From Octopus vulgaris (taxonomy: Eukaryota): a stretch of 64,000 bases of DNA. The DNA lies in NCBI GenBank assembly GCA_951406725.2, contig OX597829.1, positions 20,708,001 to 20,772,000 on the forward strand, in the 5' to 3' direction. The translations under genes were made by a program, and so were the position numbers. Positions 40,711 to 55,860 of this stretch are shown here, one piece after another. A model generated the notes under the pieces. That model ran no database searches. It saw nothing but the letters and a program-made list of their open reading frames with translations, and was not told the origin of the DNA. Every line of letters starts with the position of its first letter. The stretch's first letter is position 1.

Positions 40711-41536
40711 ATGAATATAATAAAAATTGACAATTTTTTAAAAATCCATGCCAAATCAGACTAGAGCCTGGTACAGCTTTCCAGCATGCCAGCCCAGTCA
40801 AACCATCCAACCCATGCATGGTCAACAGATGTTAAATGATGATAATGTATATATATAAAAGTTCCCCTTCAATCATGAATGACCATGGGATTGCACCTAG
40901 AAAGTTCCCTTCTGCGGCACAAAGTTTGTTTATGGAAGATCAGAAGTTGTCCATGCATACCAGCCTCCCTTCTCCATGCCACCAGTGTTATCCAAGAGAA
41001 AGGCAAAGGCCAATACAGCTTGGTACCAGTGACATCACAACTCATTTCTACAGCTGAGTGAACTGGAGCAACATGAAATAAAGTGTCTTGCTCAAGAACA
41101 CAACACACAGCTCAATATATATATATATATATATCTGTGTCTGTTATCATTTCCTTGTGAGGACATAGCAAAATAAATTGCAAGCATTACCATTGTGTGA
41201 GCAGTGTCATTCATTTCCAGTCTTCTGCAAGGTCATGTCCAGCAATAGGAAACAAGTGAAAGTTGGTGACAGGAAGAGCACCCAGTTGTGGAAAATCTCA
41301 ACAAATTTCATCCAACCCTTGCAGGCATGGAAGAGAGGGAACATTAAAACAGTGATTATGATATAATTCATGCCATATTAATTGTAATTTAACTAGTATT
41401 GTGGCATTAATTATTATTATCATTAAAATATTTCTGGAATCATCCGGTCCATAATATTTTTTTCTTTTTCTTTTTTCTTTTGTTTTGTTTTGGTTTGTTT
41501 ATGAATATTATCATTGGAATATTTCTATATTTGAAG

Positions 41537-41803
41537 GTTTGGTGCGGACCCAAAAACTGCTTGAGCCATCCAAATGTTTCTGAGCCAGTCGATATATGTG
41601 CACATGATGAAACGTGTGTTGTAAAAACAACACAGACATGCTTTACACCACCCTGCTTGCCTTGGGGTCACTGTAAACATATATCAAAGATTGAAGATTC
41701 TGCTCCCAGAGATATACAAACCAACTGTATACCAAATGAAGCAAAAATCAGTAATAACTGTGCAAAAATCAACCTTCTCTTTGACAAATCTCGGATGCCA
41801 AAA
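41537..41803 (+). CDS. JAG1: Jagged exon, Cys-rich domain (VWCGPKNCL...NNCAKINLLFDKSRMPK)
   Basis: 267 nt, gaAG/GTaagt. Confidence 0.93.
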
Positions 41804-42100
41804 GTAAGTTGGAATTAAATTCTTCTCTGGGTAAAAATTCATATTACTCAATGACACTGCTGCCACTTCTGTTAGATTTTCATCTGTTGCTGATATTTCT
41901 GATATCATAACAGATGCTATCTCAGGATGAACACTGCAGTAAATTAAGATTTCACTAATATATCTGCTTTATGTATGATACACCTATTGCTATTTTAACC
42001 TAATACTCTTTCTGTTGCATGTTACAAATTATTATGGGGTTGATATAATTGACTAGTCTCCTTCTCTAAAATTTCAGGGCTTGTGCCTTTAGTAGAAAGG

Positions 42101-42164
<64 letters not shown>

Positions 42165-42729
42165 GGGTGTGTGGCCTAATGGTTAGGTTGTTGCATTCAC
42201 AATTGTGAGATTATGGTATCAATTCCTAGACCAGGTGATATGTTGTGTTCTTGGACAAAACACTTTGTCTCATGTTGTTGCTTTGCAATCATTTTTAACA
42301 CCTGACATGTGGTCCGCCATGCATTTGAGTGGGCAATGTTTATTTAATGGAGAGAGTGAGTTAATTAATATACAGCACATACATTTGATTGCTATAAAAC
42401 AAATCATTTGTGCCAGTCGTCAGGCAAAATATGAACACTTATACATCATCTTTGACTGGAGACTCCATCATCGTTGTTATGGCATTTACAACATGGTTTC
42501 AAGCTGGTTTTCAGGAATTTAAACACATCAGTTTTCAACAGACTTTTGCAATAGCTGAAAAGTTCTTTGAAAATCATGGTGACCAAATTCCTGAAAACTA
42601 AGTAATAAGAGGCACCAAAGGAAAATATGAAACTTTACAAAGAAATTTTAAAATTCACATGTTGAATCTGAGTTTAGTAATTGCCAGTCTGTAGACCTGA
42701 CTATTACAATTGATTCTTTTATTTTACAG

Positions 42730-42861
42730 GGTGTATCTGTTGGCAATATCTGCAGTTCTCTTCGAGCCTTCCCCAAAGTGCAAGCTTATGCCAAGAAAGA
42801 AACGATTATTATTCTATGTGCTATCCAACTTCGAAGAGCTGACTCCATTGAAATTACACTG
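42730..42861 (+). CDS. JAG1: Jagged exon (GVSVGNICSSLRAF...DSIEITL)
   Basis: 132 nt, tacAG/GTaagt; resembles JAG1 GLTTEHICSELR...EIHVAI. Confidence 0.9.
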
Positions 42862-43670
42862 GTAAGTTAACTTTTGTTCCTATCTTTTATTTGTTTCGGT
42901 TAGTAGACTGTGCCCATGCTGGGGCACTGCCTTGAAGAATTTTTAGTCAAATGACTTAACTTCATGGTACTTATTCTATTAGTCTCTTTTACTGAATCAC
43001 TTAGTTATGGGTATGTGAACGCATCAACATTGGTTGTCAAGCAACAGTGACACACATACAATGAGCTTCTTACTGTTTTCATCTACCAATTCCACTCAGA
43101 AGGATTTGCTGGCCTGGGCAAGATCTTTTTGTTTTATTTTATTTATTTATTTATTCATTTTTGTAATGGAAAACTAGCTGTTATGAACTGAATTTGCCCA
43201 AGTGGAAACGAAACAGTTTAGCGCTAGCATTGTTGATGCAGGTGAACTCAAAATATAAGGAACTGGAATGAACACAACATTGCACTTTGTGCTGCATTCT
43301 AACAGCTCTGGCAATCGTATGCTTGGTAATTACAATTGTTTGCAGGCGTGTTTATATCTGTGTGTGTGCCAAAAGTCATGTACCAAAACATGTGACATTC
43401 CTTATTACATTTATTATTATCATTCATTTTGTTCATCATGTACTTGAATACACATTACATGTGTATTCATCATAATTTTATTTATTTTATTCAATTTTTA
43501 GAAAAATTGAACCTTGTCTTTCATAATTCCAAATCATATTGAATTTATTTGGCTCATGACTTTGGGCCCACTCCATATATCAAAATATCTGAGCAGTAGA
43601 GAGTGCACACTGTGAAATATATTATTGTCTGCATAATATTAATTGCATTCTCTTTTCTTTAACGTTTCAG

Positions 43671-43839
43671 TCACTGGATATGAAGCACAATGATAATTCA
43701 GGAACCCTGATTTCTACCTTAAAAGATCTTGTTGAAGAAACGGCTAATGCTGTCAGTCAAAAACTTGTCAATAGCAGTGCCTTAAAAGCTGTCATCGATG
43801 TCCAGGTACAAACTAATATCATCCCCAAAAAACCTTCAG
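43671..43839 (+). CDS. JAG1: Jagged juxtamembrane exon (SLDMKHNDNS...NSSALKAVIDVQVQTNIIPKKPS)
   Basis: 169 nt, ttcAG/GTaatt; resembles JAG1 NSSLIAAVAEVRVQ. Confidence 0.88.
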
Positions 43840-44565
43840 GTAATTTCAAAGGAATTTTCACCTTTGTTTGTTCTTATGTTATAAATTCTTATGTGAGTGG
43901 ATATTTTGAGTTTATTGATGCCTGCTATTCTAATACTTAAAGAATAAAAAGTTTTGAATGGTACAACAATGTACTATAATATAGACAATGGGCTATTTAC
44001 CTGTTGTAATTTAGTTATCCATGATCTGATATGATGTTTCAGAATTACATTCCTTCTTCAGATATTCTTAAATAAGAATTATCTATATTATAGTGCATTG
44101 TTGTACCATTCAAAACATTTTATTCTTTACAAACAATATACAATGCTTCAAGCCAACTACAATACTCTCCTATCTAATACTTAGGCATTTAAACCAGCCA
44201 TATCTGGCCATTTTTCAGCCTCTCACGCCTACCCTGCGATGTCATACTAAAAATGATGCAAGCACATCATCAAAATCTCAATGTAAAAACAAATAAAGCA
44301 TGATTAATTCAAAACAATGCGCATTCATAAGGATAAAATTTAATTTAATAAATATATTCTCAGACGAATTCATATTTCAACAAAATTGCATCAACAGTTA
44401 TTTCCCCCTGTTTATTGTTTATGCCTATGTAACAAAGAAAAATGACATCTTGATTCACCCATCCGCCTGTTTTGAAGATAATCAAACCATAATAATGAGT
44501 TCGAGCCACTCACCCAATGAGTATTTCTGCCAAATTTGGTGAAAATCCATTCAGCCGTTTTCCAG

Positions 44566-44608
<43 letters not shown>

Positions 44609-44627
44609 TATATAAATATATATATAA

Positions 44628-46640
44628 ATTCCCTCTCCACACACACAAATGCAAATAGAATCTCCGCAGAGGAGAAAAACAAGCCTTACAAAAACTGAAA
44701 AATGATAAGTCAATCATTATAAAAGAAGCTGACAAAGGTGGAGCAATAGTAATTATGGATACAGATTACTACAAAGAAAAGATACTGGAGTTACTGAACA
44801 ACCAGACATACTATAAAGAGGAACCAACACCACCGGAGAAAGCAACAATAAAAAAAATTAGAACTTTAGTCAATTAATACCAGAACTCCTTTACAGATAA
44901 GTAGAAAGAGTGTCTATGCAACTCAAGAACCAAAGAAAGCAATTTTTATGGATTACCTAAAATTCATAAAAGCTCTGAAATACAGAGAGCCATAAAGGAA
45001 CAGAGGAACCACTATATAAGAATACAAAGGCCTGCAGACCTCACAATGAGACCAATAGTGGCAGGACTCCAGGCACCAACACAACAACTAAGCCACTTCA
45101 TAGATATACTCCTCAAACCTTTATGCCCACAGATACCAAGCTACATAAGGGATGACATAGACTTCCTCACACACAATCCAAATACAGTCCCGAAAAACAC
45201 CATACTTGCAAGCTTTGATGTCACAAATCTATGCACAAACATACCACACACCCTAGGTCTAGAAGCAATAAAACAATCGATAGAAAAATACAGAGAACTT
45301 ATAGACGAACGCTTTAAGACAAACTTTATCACCCAAGCCACCCAATTAATACTCGAAGAAAATACATTCTCATTCAACAACAAGACATACCGACAGATAA
45401 AAGGCACGGCTATGGGTACAAAATTCGCACCTTCATATGCCAACCTGGTGATGGGTTTCCTGGAGAACAAACTATACGATGAAATAGGGAAAGTCTTCAA
45501 ACACGACTTCAGAGAAGACATCAAGAAAAAGTGGAAACGCTACCTCGATGACTGCTTCATCTTTTGGAACAGATCAGAGGAAGACCTACGAACATTCCAC
45601 AACATCCTCAATACGCTGCACCCATCTATCAACTTCACAATAGATACCAGCCACAACGAACTTCCCTTCCTAGACATCAACATCAAAATACACAACTCCA
45701 TCGTCACAACAGACACCCACTACAAAAAAACTGACACACACCAATATTTAAATTTCCACTCATGCCACCCATCCCACACAAAAAGAAACATCCCATATAG
45801 TATGGCAAGACGAATATGTAGCATAGTAACTGATTCACAAATACGATTAATAAGACTAGATGAACTCAAAAACTTCGTCCTAGAGCAAAAATACCCCCTT
45901 AAACTAATAGAAAATGGAATCACAAGAGCATTAAAACTAGACATCGCACATCTCAGGACACCCAAAACAAAAATCAAAGAAAACATTATCCCTTTTATAA
46001 ACACGCACAACCCTGGAGTTACCAACATCTTCCAAACCATACATTCAAACCTACCAATAGCCTTACAAAGCCCCAAAATGAAAAACATATTAAACAAATA
46101 TAGCATAAAAAACAGTAGACGACAGGACAAAAACCTAAAGAAACACCTAACAAGAGCGAAATTCTCTTCAGAAAGTAAAACGGAATTCTTTGCAAAAGAG
46201 TGCGGAGATGGTAGATGTGGGATCTGCAGCAACCCCACCAACAAATACATAGAGGGAAACAGAGAGATGAGATTTAAAAGTGGTTACGTATTCAAAGTAA
46301 ATGCAGATATGAACTGCAAGACGCAGAACGTTATATACTGCATAACCTGCCCCGCGTGCAAGGAGAATTCTTTGTGCCAGCGAGCCAGGATTCACCGACA
46401 ACATATTCGGCTGGAAGAACTACGCAAAATACCACTAAGTACACACCTAGCTACGTGTGGAGAAGGAAAATTTAAGATCTTTCCCTTCTACAAATGTCCG
46501 AAGAACGACACCTCTTTCAGGAGGAATATGGAAAAATATTTCATAGCTAAGTTCTCCCCCAAATTAAATGGCTGAAATTTTACTCGTCATACATTGAAGG
46601 ACAAATCTTTCGATTTACAATATAATATAGTAGAACATTT
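44628..46640 (+). mobile_element. Second Penelope-like element (RT; GIY-YIG damaged)
   Basis: Upstream IIIKEADKGGAIVIMD and FYGLPKIHK with stops. ORF 45046-46575 has FDVTNL, GTAMG, WKRYLDD, LPFLD and NVIYCITC, but no YIG. Confidence 0.9.
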
Positions 46641-46644
46641 AATA

Positions 46645-46679
<35 letters not shown>

Positions 46680-46944
46680 CATCATCATCATCATCGTTTA
46701 GCGTCCGTTTTCCATGCCAGCATGGGTTGGACAGTTCTACTGGGGTCTGTGAAGCCAGAAGGCTTCATCAGGCCCAGTCAAATCTGGCAGTGTTTCTACG
46801 GCTGGATGCCCTTCCTAACGCCAACCACTCCGAGAGTGTAGTGGGTGCTTTTTACGTGCCACCCGCACAGGTGCCAGACAGAGCTGGCAAACGGCCACGA
46901 ACGGATGGTGCTTTTTATGTGCCACCGGCACATATATGTATGTA

Positions 46945-46993
<49 letters not shown>

Positions 46994-47575
46994 TACCTGT
47001 TATATACATTATATTATTTTTGTAATTTACTTAATCTTTACGTGCCAATTGTCATTTTAATTTTAACCTTCCTATGATATGCAATTTTCAAGATGGTGTA
47101 ATTTGATTGTTCATTTTGAATCGATAAAAGGTGTTTTTTTTCTAATATTTCATGTATAAGCATGTATATATATATACTGACATTGAAGGACACATCTTTC
47201 GATTTACAATTTAATATAGTAGAACATTTAGTATATGTGTGTATATGTATATATATATGTGTGTGTGTATATATATATATTGCCTGTTATATACATTATA
47301 TTATTTTTGAAAATTTACTTCATCTTTACTTTTTAAGTGTCACTTTAATTTTAACCTTCCTATGATATACAATTTTCAAGATGGTGTAATTTAGTTGTTC
47401 ATTTTGAATCGATAAAAGGTGTTTTTTTTTTTCCTAATATTTCATGTATAAGCATGTATATATATATAGTGGTATAAATATCAACACAATTTTTTCCCCT
47501 TCCTCCCTTATCTTTCTTTTTCTTTTTTTCTCTCTTCCTGTCTCCAAATACACAGACACACGCACACGCACACAT

Positions 47576-47618
<43 letters not shown>

Positions 47619-48220
47619 GACACACACACACAGACACATATACACACCTCCACAAAACGATCATAAAAAGTGGAAAGAATTCTTAAACCCAAAAAAAGCA
47701 TTTGACCATTCTCACAATGATAAAAGGAAATATAATTTATGGCCTGCCTCCCCGCCACCACACACTCAGTGACACTGTGAAGTGGTTAAAGCTGAAATTC
47801 TTTTTTTTTCCTAAGGCCTTAGAACCCCCTAGGAGTCAATATTCCGACCAGCACAGACCAAAAAAGAAATTCTTTCCTTCATCTTCCCTCTCCCTTCACC
47901 TCTTTCTCTTTAGCACTCACCTCAGATACAAACATACACACACACACACACACATACACACATGTTCTCTCTCTCACTTTCACCTCATCCATCATCCTCT
48001 TGTACTGTCTTATATTCCTCCCCACCACTACGAAACTCTATAAAATGATCAAAATTCCCCACACAGGAACTTAGTTTGATTTGAAAACCCCACTAGAATG
48101 GGAGAAAGCGCTAATGATCTAAGTGATATGATATATATATATAAAAAATGTAATATATAAATAAATATCTGTAAATATAAACCATCCGATCTTCTGAGTA
48201 CCTCATTTCTTCTAATATAA

Positions 48221-48365
<145 letters not shown>

Positions 48366-49338
48366 GATGAGTGTATTTTTACCTTGTTAACAATTAACAC
48401 GGAAAAAATAAATAAATAGTTACCAGGGCAGCAAAAATCTCACAAGTAAAGGTGTTGTAACTCCTTGTTTATAAAGGTAGAAACTTCGTGTTTACGTTGA
48501 ATATTTTGAATAATATGAATTTAAAAAATGGAGTTAACGCAGGCGTAATCAAATATTTTTACTTCGACACATGTTTCGAAAATTCCACTGATACTATTTA
48601 AAAGAATAAATGGTATAAACAATGCAATCTTCTCAGGAAAGTGAAAAAATCGGAACTCGTCAATAAGACATTTTAGCAAAAAATGATGGATTTGTATAGC
48701 GATAGACAGAACGCTATTAATATTGTTTAAAAAAACGTTATATGATATAACGTCATAAGTAGCTAACAGAAACAGTAGGGATATTAATAGTGAATGTTAA
48801 ATATAATGGAAATTAAAGTTTAAATTATATATAATGATAGAGACTACTTATATGCACTAAATGTATGTTTTTGTCAATGCTTACATCTGTATGCTCGCTC
48901 TATAACCGTGTTTACTAGAGTATTTTTAGAAAAAATAATGAAAAATAGCTCAGAATTGCAGAGAAGACATAATTTCTTGCCTTTGTCATATGGTATCGAA
49001 ATTGAGAGAATCAACCATTCTAAATGAAATTGTTCATTGTGGTCTTTTAAATCTCAAATCAGTTTGCTGAGACCGGTACTATTCCGTTTATTTCAGCAAA
49101 CTGATTTGGGATTTAAAAGACCACAATGAACAATTTCATTTAGAATGGTTAATTCTCTCAATTTCGATACCATATGACAAAGGCAAGAAATTCTGTCTTC
49201 TCTGCAATTCTGAGCTATTTTTCATTATTTTTTCTAAAAATACCCTAGTAAACACGGTTATAGAGCGAGCATACAGATGTAAGCATTGGCAAAAACATAC
49301 ATTTACAGCATATAAGTAGTCTCTATCATTATATATAA

Positions 49339-51816
49339 CTAGCAGTATCGCCCGGCGTTGCTCGGGTTTGTAAGGGAAATAACTATATAAGCATTTTTAG
49401 AGAGTTATAGCCAAAAAATAGCAAAAAAATGCATTAAAAATGGAATAAAAAATTATGGTAATTTTTTTTAAATCATTGACTCATCGTAGACATTTTTAGA
49501 GAGTTACTTCCCTTATTTAATAGCGAAAAAATGCATTAAAATGGAAAAAAATTATGGTAATATTTTTTTAAAATCGTAGACTCATCGTAGACGCGCGCTA
49601 ATACCCAGAAGGGCTCGATATGAATCACGACTATAAGATACCCGGTTTTGGTTAAACTGCACCGTTAAATGTGGGAGTAGTTAGGAATCTAAATCGTAGG
49701 AGACAGACACACAACCTTACTTTTATATATAAAGATTTGTGCAACAACTAAAACATTCGGTTGTGCAAATTGTTTGCACAGGAAACCTGCCCTGTGTGGC
49801 GGTTTTTTGCCGTTTTTGTGGATCTGTTTCAGCTTTTTTAGCGATTTCTGTTTTGGCGACTTCAAGCCATGAAGTCGTTGTTCTAAAAGAACGCTGGTCT
49901 CCTTGACAACGCTTTACGACGTTGATTTCCCTACCCTGCCTTCCCCACAGCTTCACAAAGGAGGGAAGAAGGGGAGGAGCTACACAGTTGCAGGTGCGAG
50001 CATGAACGCCAACGCCGCCACCGACACACGAAAAAATTGGAAGAACCCAGACGACAGCTTCAGCCACCACCACCACCACCAACACAATCACCACTACCAC
50101 CATGAGCACCACCACCACTACGCCCATGACCATCACCACCACCATCACGAAGACCACCACGACCACCACCATCATCACCACGACCCCCACCATCACCCCC
50201 ACCACCACCACCACCACAACAACAACAACAACAACAACACCACCACCACAAACACGACGACCACCACGACCACGACCACCATCACCACTACCAGCACCAC
50301 CGCCACAACTGCTGCCACTACCACCGCCTCCACCACCACCATACTATGCCTCTGCTCTCTCCTTTTGGCTACTAAATCCATTACCATATTTCACAAGTAC
50401 CATCGCCATACAATATTGCCTTCAAAAGTTTGTGTTTGGATAATATTTTTTAAGTAAAAGTTGTGCAACAACTAAAACATTCGGTTGTGCAAATTATTTG
50501 CATGGGAAACCTTCCCTGTGTGGCGTGTTTCCCGATTTTGTAGAATTTGCTTTCGGGCTTTCTTAGCCATTTCTGTTTTGGTGTCTTCAAGCCATGAAGT
50601 CGTTGTTCTAAAAGAACGCTGGTCTCCTTGACAACGCTTTACGATGTTGATTTCCTTACACTCCCTTCCCCACAGCCTTTAAAAAATATGCGTTAAAATG
50701 GAAAAAAATTATGGTAAATTATTTTTAAAATCGTAGACTCATCGTAGACGCGCGCTAATACCCAGACGGGCTCGATATGAATCACGACTATAAGATACCC
50801 GAATTTGGTGAAACTGGACCGCAAAATGTGGGAGTAGTTAGGAATCAAAATCGTAGGAGACAGACACTCACACAACTTCACTTTTATATATATAGACTAG
50901 CAGTATCGCCCGGCGTTGCTCGGGTTTGTAAGGGAAATAACTATATAAGCATTTTTAGAGAGTTATAGCAAAAAAATGCATTAAAAATGGAATAAAAAAT
51001 GATGGTAAATTTTTTTTAAAATCGTTGACTCATCGTAGACATTTTTAGAGAGTAACTTCTCTTATATAATAGCGAAAAAATGCATTAAAATGGAAAAAAT
51101 GATGGTAAATTTTTTTAAAATCGTAGACTCATCGTAGACGCGCGCTAATACCCAGAAGGGCTCAATATGAATCACGATTATAAGATACCCGGTTTTGGTT
51201 ACACTGCACCGCAAAATGTGGGAGTAGTTAGGAATCTAAATCGTAGGAGACAGACACACAACTTGACTTTTATATATAAAGATTTGTGCAACAACTAAAA
51301 CATTCGGTTGTGCAAATTGTTTGCACAGGAAACCTGCCTTGTGTGGCGTGTTTCCCGATTTTGTAGAATTTGCTTTCGGGCTTTCTTAGCCATTTCTGTT
51401 TTGGTGTTTTCAAGCCATGAAGTCGTTGTTCTAAAAGAACGCTGGTCTCCTTGACAACGCTTTACGACGTTGATTTCCTTACACTCCCTTCCCCACAGCT
51501 TCACGAGGGAGGGAAGAAAGGGGAGAAGCAACACAGGTGCAGGTGCGAGCATGGACGCCAATTCCGCCGCCATCGACACACGAAAAAATTGGAAGAACCC
51601 AAAAAATATGCTTTAAAATGGAAAAAAAATATGGTAAATTATTTTTAAAATCGTAGACTCATCGTAGACGCGCGCTATTACCCAGAAAGGCTCGATATGA
51701 ATCACGACTATAAGATACCCGGTTTTGGTTAAACTGCACCGCAAAATGTGGGAGTAGTTAGGAATCTAAATCGTAGGAGACAGACACTCACACAACTTCA
51801 CTTTTATATATATACA
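49339..51816 (-). mobile_element. Non-autonomous Helitron, two head-to-tail copies (50897-51816, 49339-50896)
   Basis: Minus strand: 5' TC(TA)nAAAAG (outermost copy reads TG), 3' hairpin CCCGAGCAACGCCGGG followed by CTAG. Direct CTAG|TC junction at 50897/50896. Inserted between A and T with no TSD. Confidence 0.85.
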
Positions 51817-51998
51817 TTTAAACTTTAATTTCCATTATATTTAACATTCACTATTAATATCCCTACTGTTTCTGTTAGCTACTTATGACGTTATATCATA
51901 TAACGTTTTTTTAAACAATATTAATAGCGTTCTGTCTATTGCTATACAAATCCATCATTTTTTGCTAAAATGTCTTATTGACGAGTTCCGATTTTTTC

Positions 51999-52084
51999 AC
52001 TTTCCTGAGGAGAAGATTGCATTGTTTATACCATTTATTCTTTTAAATAGTATCAGTGGAATTTTCGAAACATGTGTCGAAAGT
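51999..52084 (+). ncRNA. Type I hammerhead ribozyme, intact core (damaged inverted copy at 48561-48642)
   Basis: ACUUUC-CUGAGGA-GAAGAUU...AAUUUUC-GAAAC AUGU GUC-GAAAGU. Confidence 0.8.
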
Positions 52085-52159
52085 AAAAATATTTAATTAC
52101 ACCTGCGTTAACTCCATTTTTTTAATTCATATATATATATAAATATTTTATTTTATTTT

Positions 52160-54990
52160 ATTTTGTCTAGTTTCAGCTCAAGAGCTGTGACCATGCTGGG
52201 GCACCGCCATTTGTTGTGGCTACATGATTTTACTTCATGAATACTTTTTAGCAATTGCCATTTGGTGCATGAGAGAGTTCGATGCAGCTGCCCTCATCTG
52301 CACCTCCAGCCGTGAAGTTGGTTCATCTGGGACACCTGACAGGAAGAGATCCAGTTTTATTTTAAAGACATCTTCATCCACCCCATGCAGGTCCCTCAGG
52401 TTCTTCAGGAAGATATTGAAGAGCTGTGGGCCTCTGAATCCCAGGCTATCACAGTATCTTGTCCTACATCTTGATGGCAAATTTGGAGTCCTTGGCACCA
52501 TGCAGTGGCGCCCAGTTCTAGCATTTGTGTAACTCTCGATGCCCAAGTTTGGGACAAGTCCTTCTAGGATCTCCCAGATGTATATTATGGCATATCTTTC
52601 TCGCCTACGCTCTAAGGAATAGAGTTTTAATCTCTTGAGTCTTTCCCAGTAGCTTATATGCTGCACAGAGGCTATCTTCTTCGTTGGATCGCCTCAAGTT
52701 CTGTGATTAACTTGACACTGGATGGTGGCCATAGCTGAGAGCAATAGTCAAAGTGGCTTAGGACAAGTGTCCTCCAGAGGACCATCATGGTTTCCTGGCC
52801 TCTTGTTCTAAAGGTTCTAAGAATCCATCAGGTCAGCCGCCTACATTTCATTGCCAATTTAGCAACATGCACATGAAAGGTTGCATCATCACTCATGTAA
52901 ATACCCAGGTCTCGCACTGATTGTGCCTCTGGGATTGCAATCCCTCCAGGTCCAGTATATTTATTGGGTATTGCATTTAGTTTTGCATGCTGATAGCATA
53001 AAGCTTGAAACTTTTCAGCATTGAACTGAATGCTATTCTTTTCAGCCCACTTGTATATTTTGTCCAGCTCACATTGCAGGTGCTTAGTGTCTTCAGGGTT
53101 CTGTATTGCCTGTGAAACTTTTGTATCATCTGCATAACTTGTGATCGTGGCTCTCTGCGTGGCTGAGGGCATGTCTGAGAGGGCCATTATGAACAGTAGT
53201 GGTCCCAAAACAATGCCTTGCGGAACACCGCTCACTATTTGCATGTTAATGGAAGTGGCCCCATTGGCTACTAACACCTGACTTCTATCCTTCAGAAAGT
53301 CATGAAGCCATTCTCCCAATTTTCCAACTATGCCAAGATCACGCAGTTTGTGACGTATCATTCCATGATCGACTTTATCAAAGGCCTTTGCAAAGTCGAG
53401 ATATGTGACTTCCACATTTGAGTGGTTGAGCAGTCGTTTCAGCACCCAGTCATAGTGATGTAGGAGCTGAGTTAAGCAGCTTCTTCCTGGTCGGAAACCA
53501 TGTTGGGTGTCAGGCAGCAAGTCATTTTCTTCAAGGAATGTGATTAGTTTCCTTCTGACTATTCGTTCCATGACCTTCCTGATGTGTGAGGTCATAGAGA
53601 TAGGTCTGTAGTTCTTGGCTTCCGCTCTGCTACCACCTTTATGAATAGGGCATATTTTACCTTCCTTCAGTTTTCTTGGAAGTTTGCCAGTTGCACGGAA
53701 GCTCTGAAAAAGGAACTGCAGTGGTCTTGCTAGGACTCTCTTACATACTTTTAGAAGGATTGCTGGGAATCCATCGGGGCCAGTTGCTGAGTTTGTTTTC
53801 ATTTCATCTATAGCCTTTATTACATCGTCTTCCTTTATATTGATGTAATCAATCATCGCTGCCTCTGATTTTATATCTGCAGTGGTAAAGACGTTAGTTG
53901 GATTGCTGACTTGAAAATGCCCTTGGGGTGGAGTGAAAATACTCTTGAATTGCTCATTTAGTATTTCACTTATCCTCATTGGATTTCCTGTGAGTGTGCC
54001 ACCCTTTTCAAGGAGTAGCCCTATCCTACAGTGCACCGTAACTGTTTCTTTGGCATACCTGTAGAAAGCTCTGGGGTTAGTTTTTATGTTGTCTATAGCC
54101 CAGGCTTCTTTGTCTGCTCTTTCCTTTTCATGGGAGAGTTGCAGACATTTTTCAATTTCCAACAGTTTTAATTTCAGACGGGACTTTTCACTGCTTTCAA
54201 TTTGTTTGTTTAGGCGATTTGAAACTTTTGTACATCGTCTCGTTAGAATTTTCCTCTCTCTGTGGATTTTGTTCTTGTGTACAGTGGCCTTTCTCTCTGG
54301 AACACTTTTATAGCATATGGCTTGCATTACAGACATGAAGTTTCATGTCGATGTCGATGTCGATGTTTGGCGAGGAGAGACATTCAGGCCAGTTTTGTTT
54401 GAGGATCTCTTTCTCAATTTGTTTCCAGTTTGCCTTATGGAAGTTCAAGCTGAAAAGATTCTGAGAGTTTCTTGTAGGCTGCATGTCCATGCTTTCCTTT
54501 GGCCCGTACATGGTCAGCTCTATCATGTTGTGATCCGAGAGTAGTGTCGGTGTCACTTTCACATTATGGATGCGATCCATATTATTTGTGAAGCAGAGAT
54601 CCAGTATGTTACATGCCCTGGTTGATTGGAGTATTACTTGCTCCATGTACAGAGTGTTGATAAGGTTCAGGAGGGAACTCGCCTGTCCTCGTTCACATCG
54701 TGTCATTCCTGGGAGAGAAAGGACCTCGGCCATCTGACATTGGGTAGATTGAAGTCTCCCATAAGAAGAACACTTATGTGTTGTTCTAATGTGATTAGAA
54801 CTTCTATTTTCATAAGGCAGTCTTCAAACTTGCCTACATGGCTTGGGGCATCTGGAGGGCGATATGTAGCACACACAACTACATCAAGTTGCCTTATGTG
54901 TACAATTAGTGTGTCACACACCGAGTTTGAGTATGACAAAAGGACTTGGGGTGTGAGGTCCTCACGGATGTACATAGCAACTCCTCCAAG
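52160..54990 (-). mobile_element. CR1-like non-LTR retrotransposon remnant (APE endonuclease + RT)
   Basis: ORF pieces: YRPP/GDFN (54703-54975), NILDLCFT/SDHN (54308-54733), ATGPDG/YRPISMTS/QHGFR/YLDFAKAFD/SGVPQG/YADD (52828-54336), LYSLERRRERY (52235-52666). Confidence 0.92.
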
Positions 54991-55003
54991 ACTCCTTTCT
55001 ATA

Positions 55004-55860
<857 letters not shown>

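Larger units (their letters stand above)
14203..43839 (+). other. JAG1: Jagged/Serrate-family Notch ligand gene, partial (EGF repeats, VWC/Cys-rich domain, juxtamembrane region); 5' and 3' exons not found in window
   Basis: 17 GT-AG exons spliced by hand give tandem EGF repeats, the Jagged-specific interrupted EGF10 (VIDQCTITVPSNRTSGEVRSISSNICGKHG), VWC ([24 protein letters not shown]) and NNCAKINLLF. Exon sizes and phases (114, 47, 174, 151, 165, 114, 86, 114, 132) match my recollection of vertebrate JAG1. Confidence 0.95.
48515..52130. repeat. ~560-bp inverted repeat (48515-49075 vs 49093-49338 + 51817-52130), right arm split by the Helitron
   Basis: Arms are reverse complements once 49339-51816 is removed; each arm carries a hammerhead copy. 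Confidence 0.85.

Noticed and set aside
49903-50457. His/Thr-rich ORFs
   Set aside because: They derive from a CAC/ACC microsatellite inside the Helitron.
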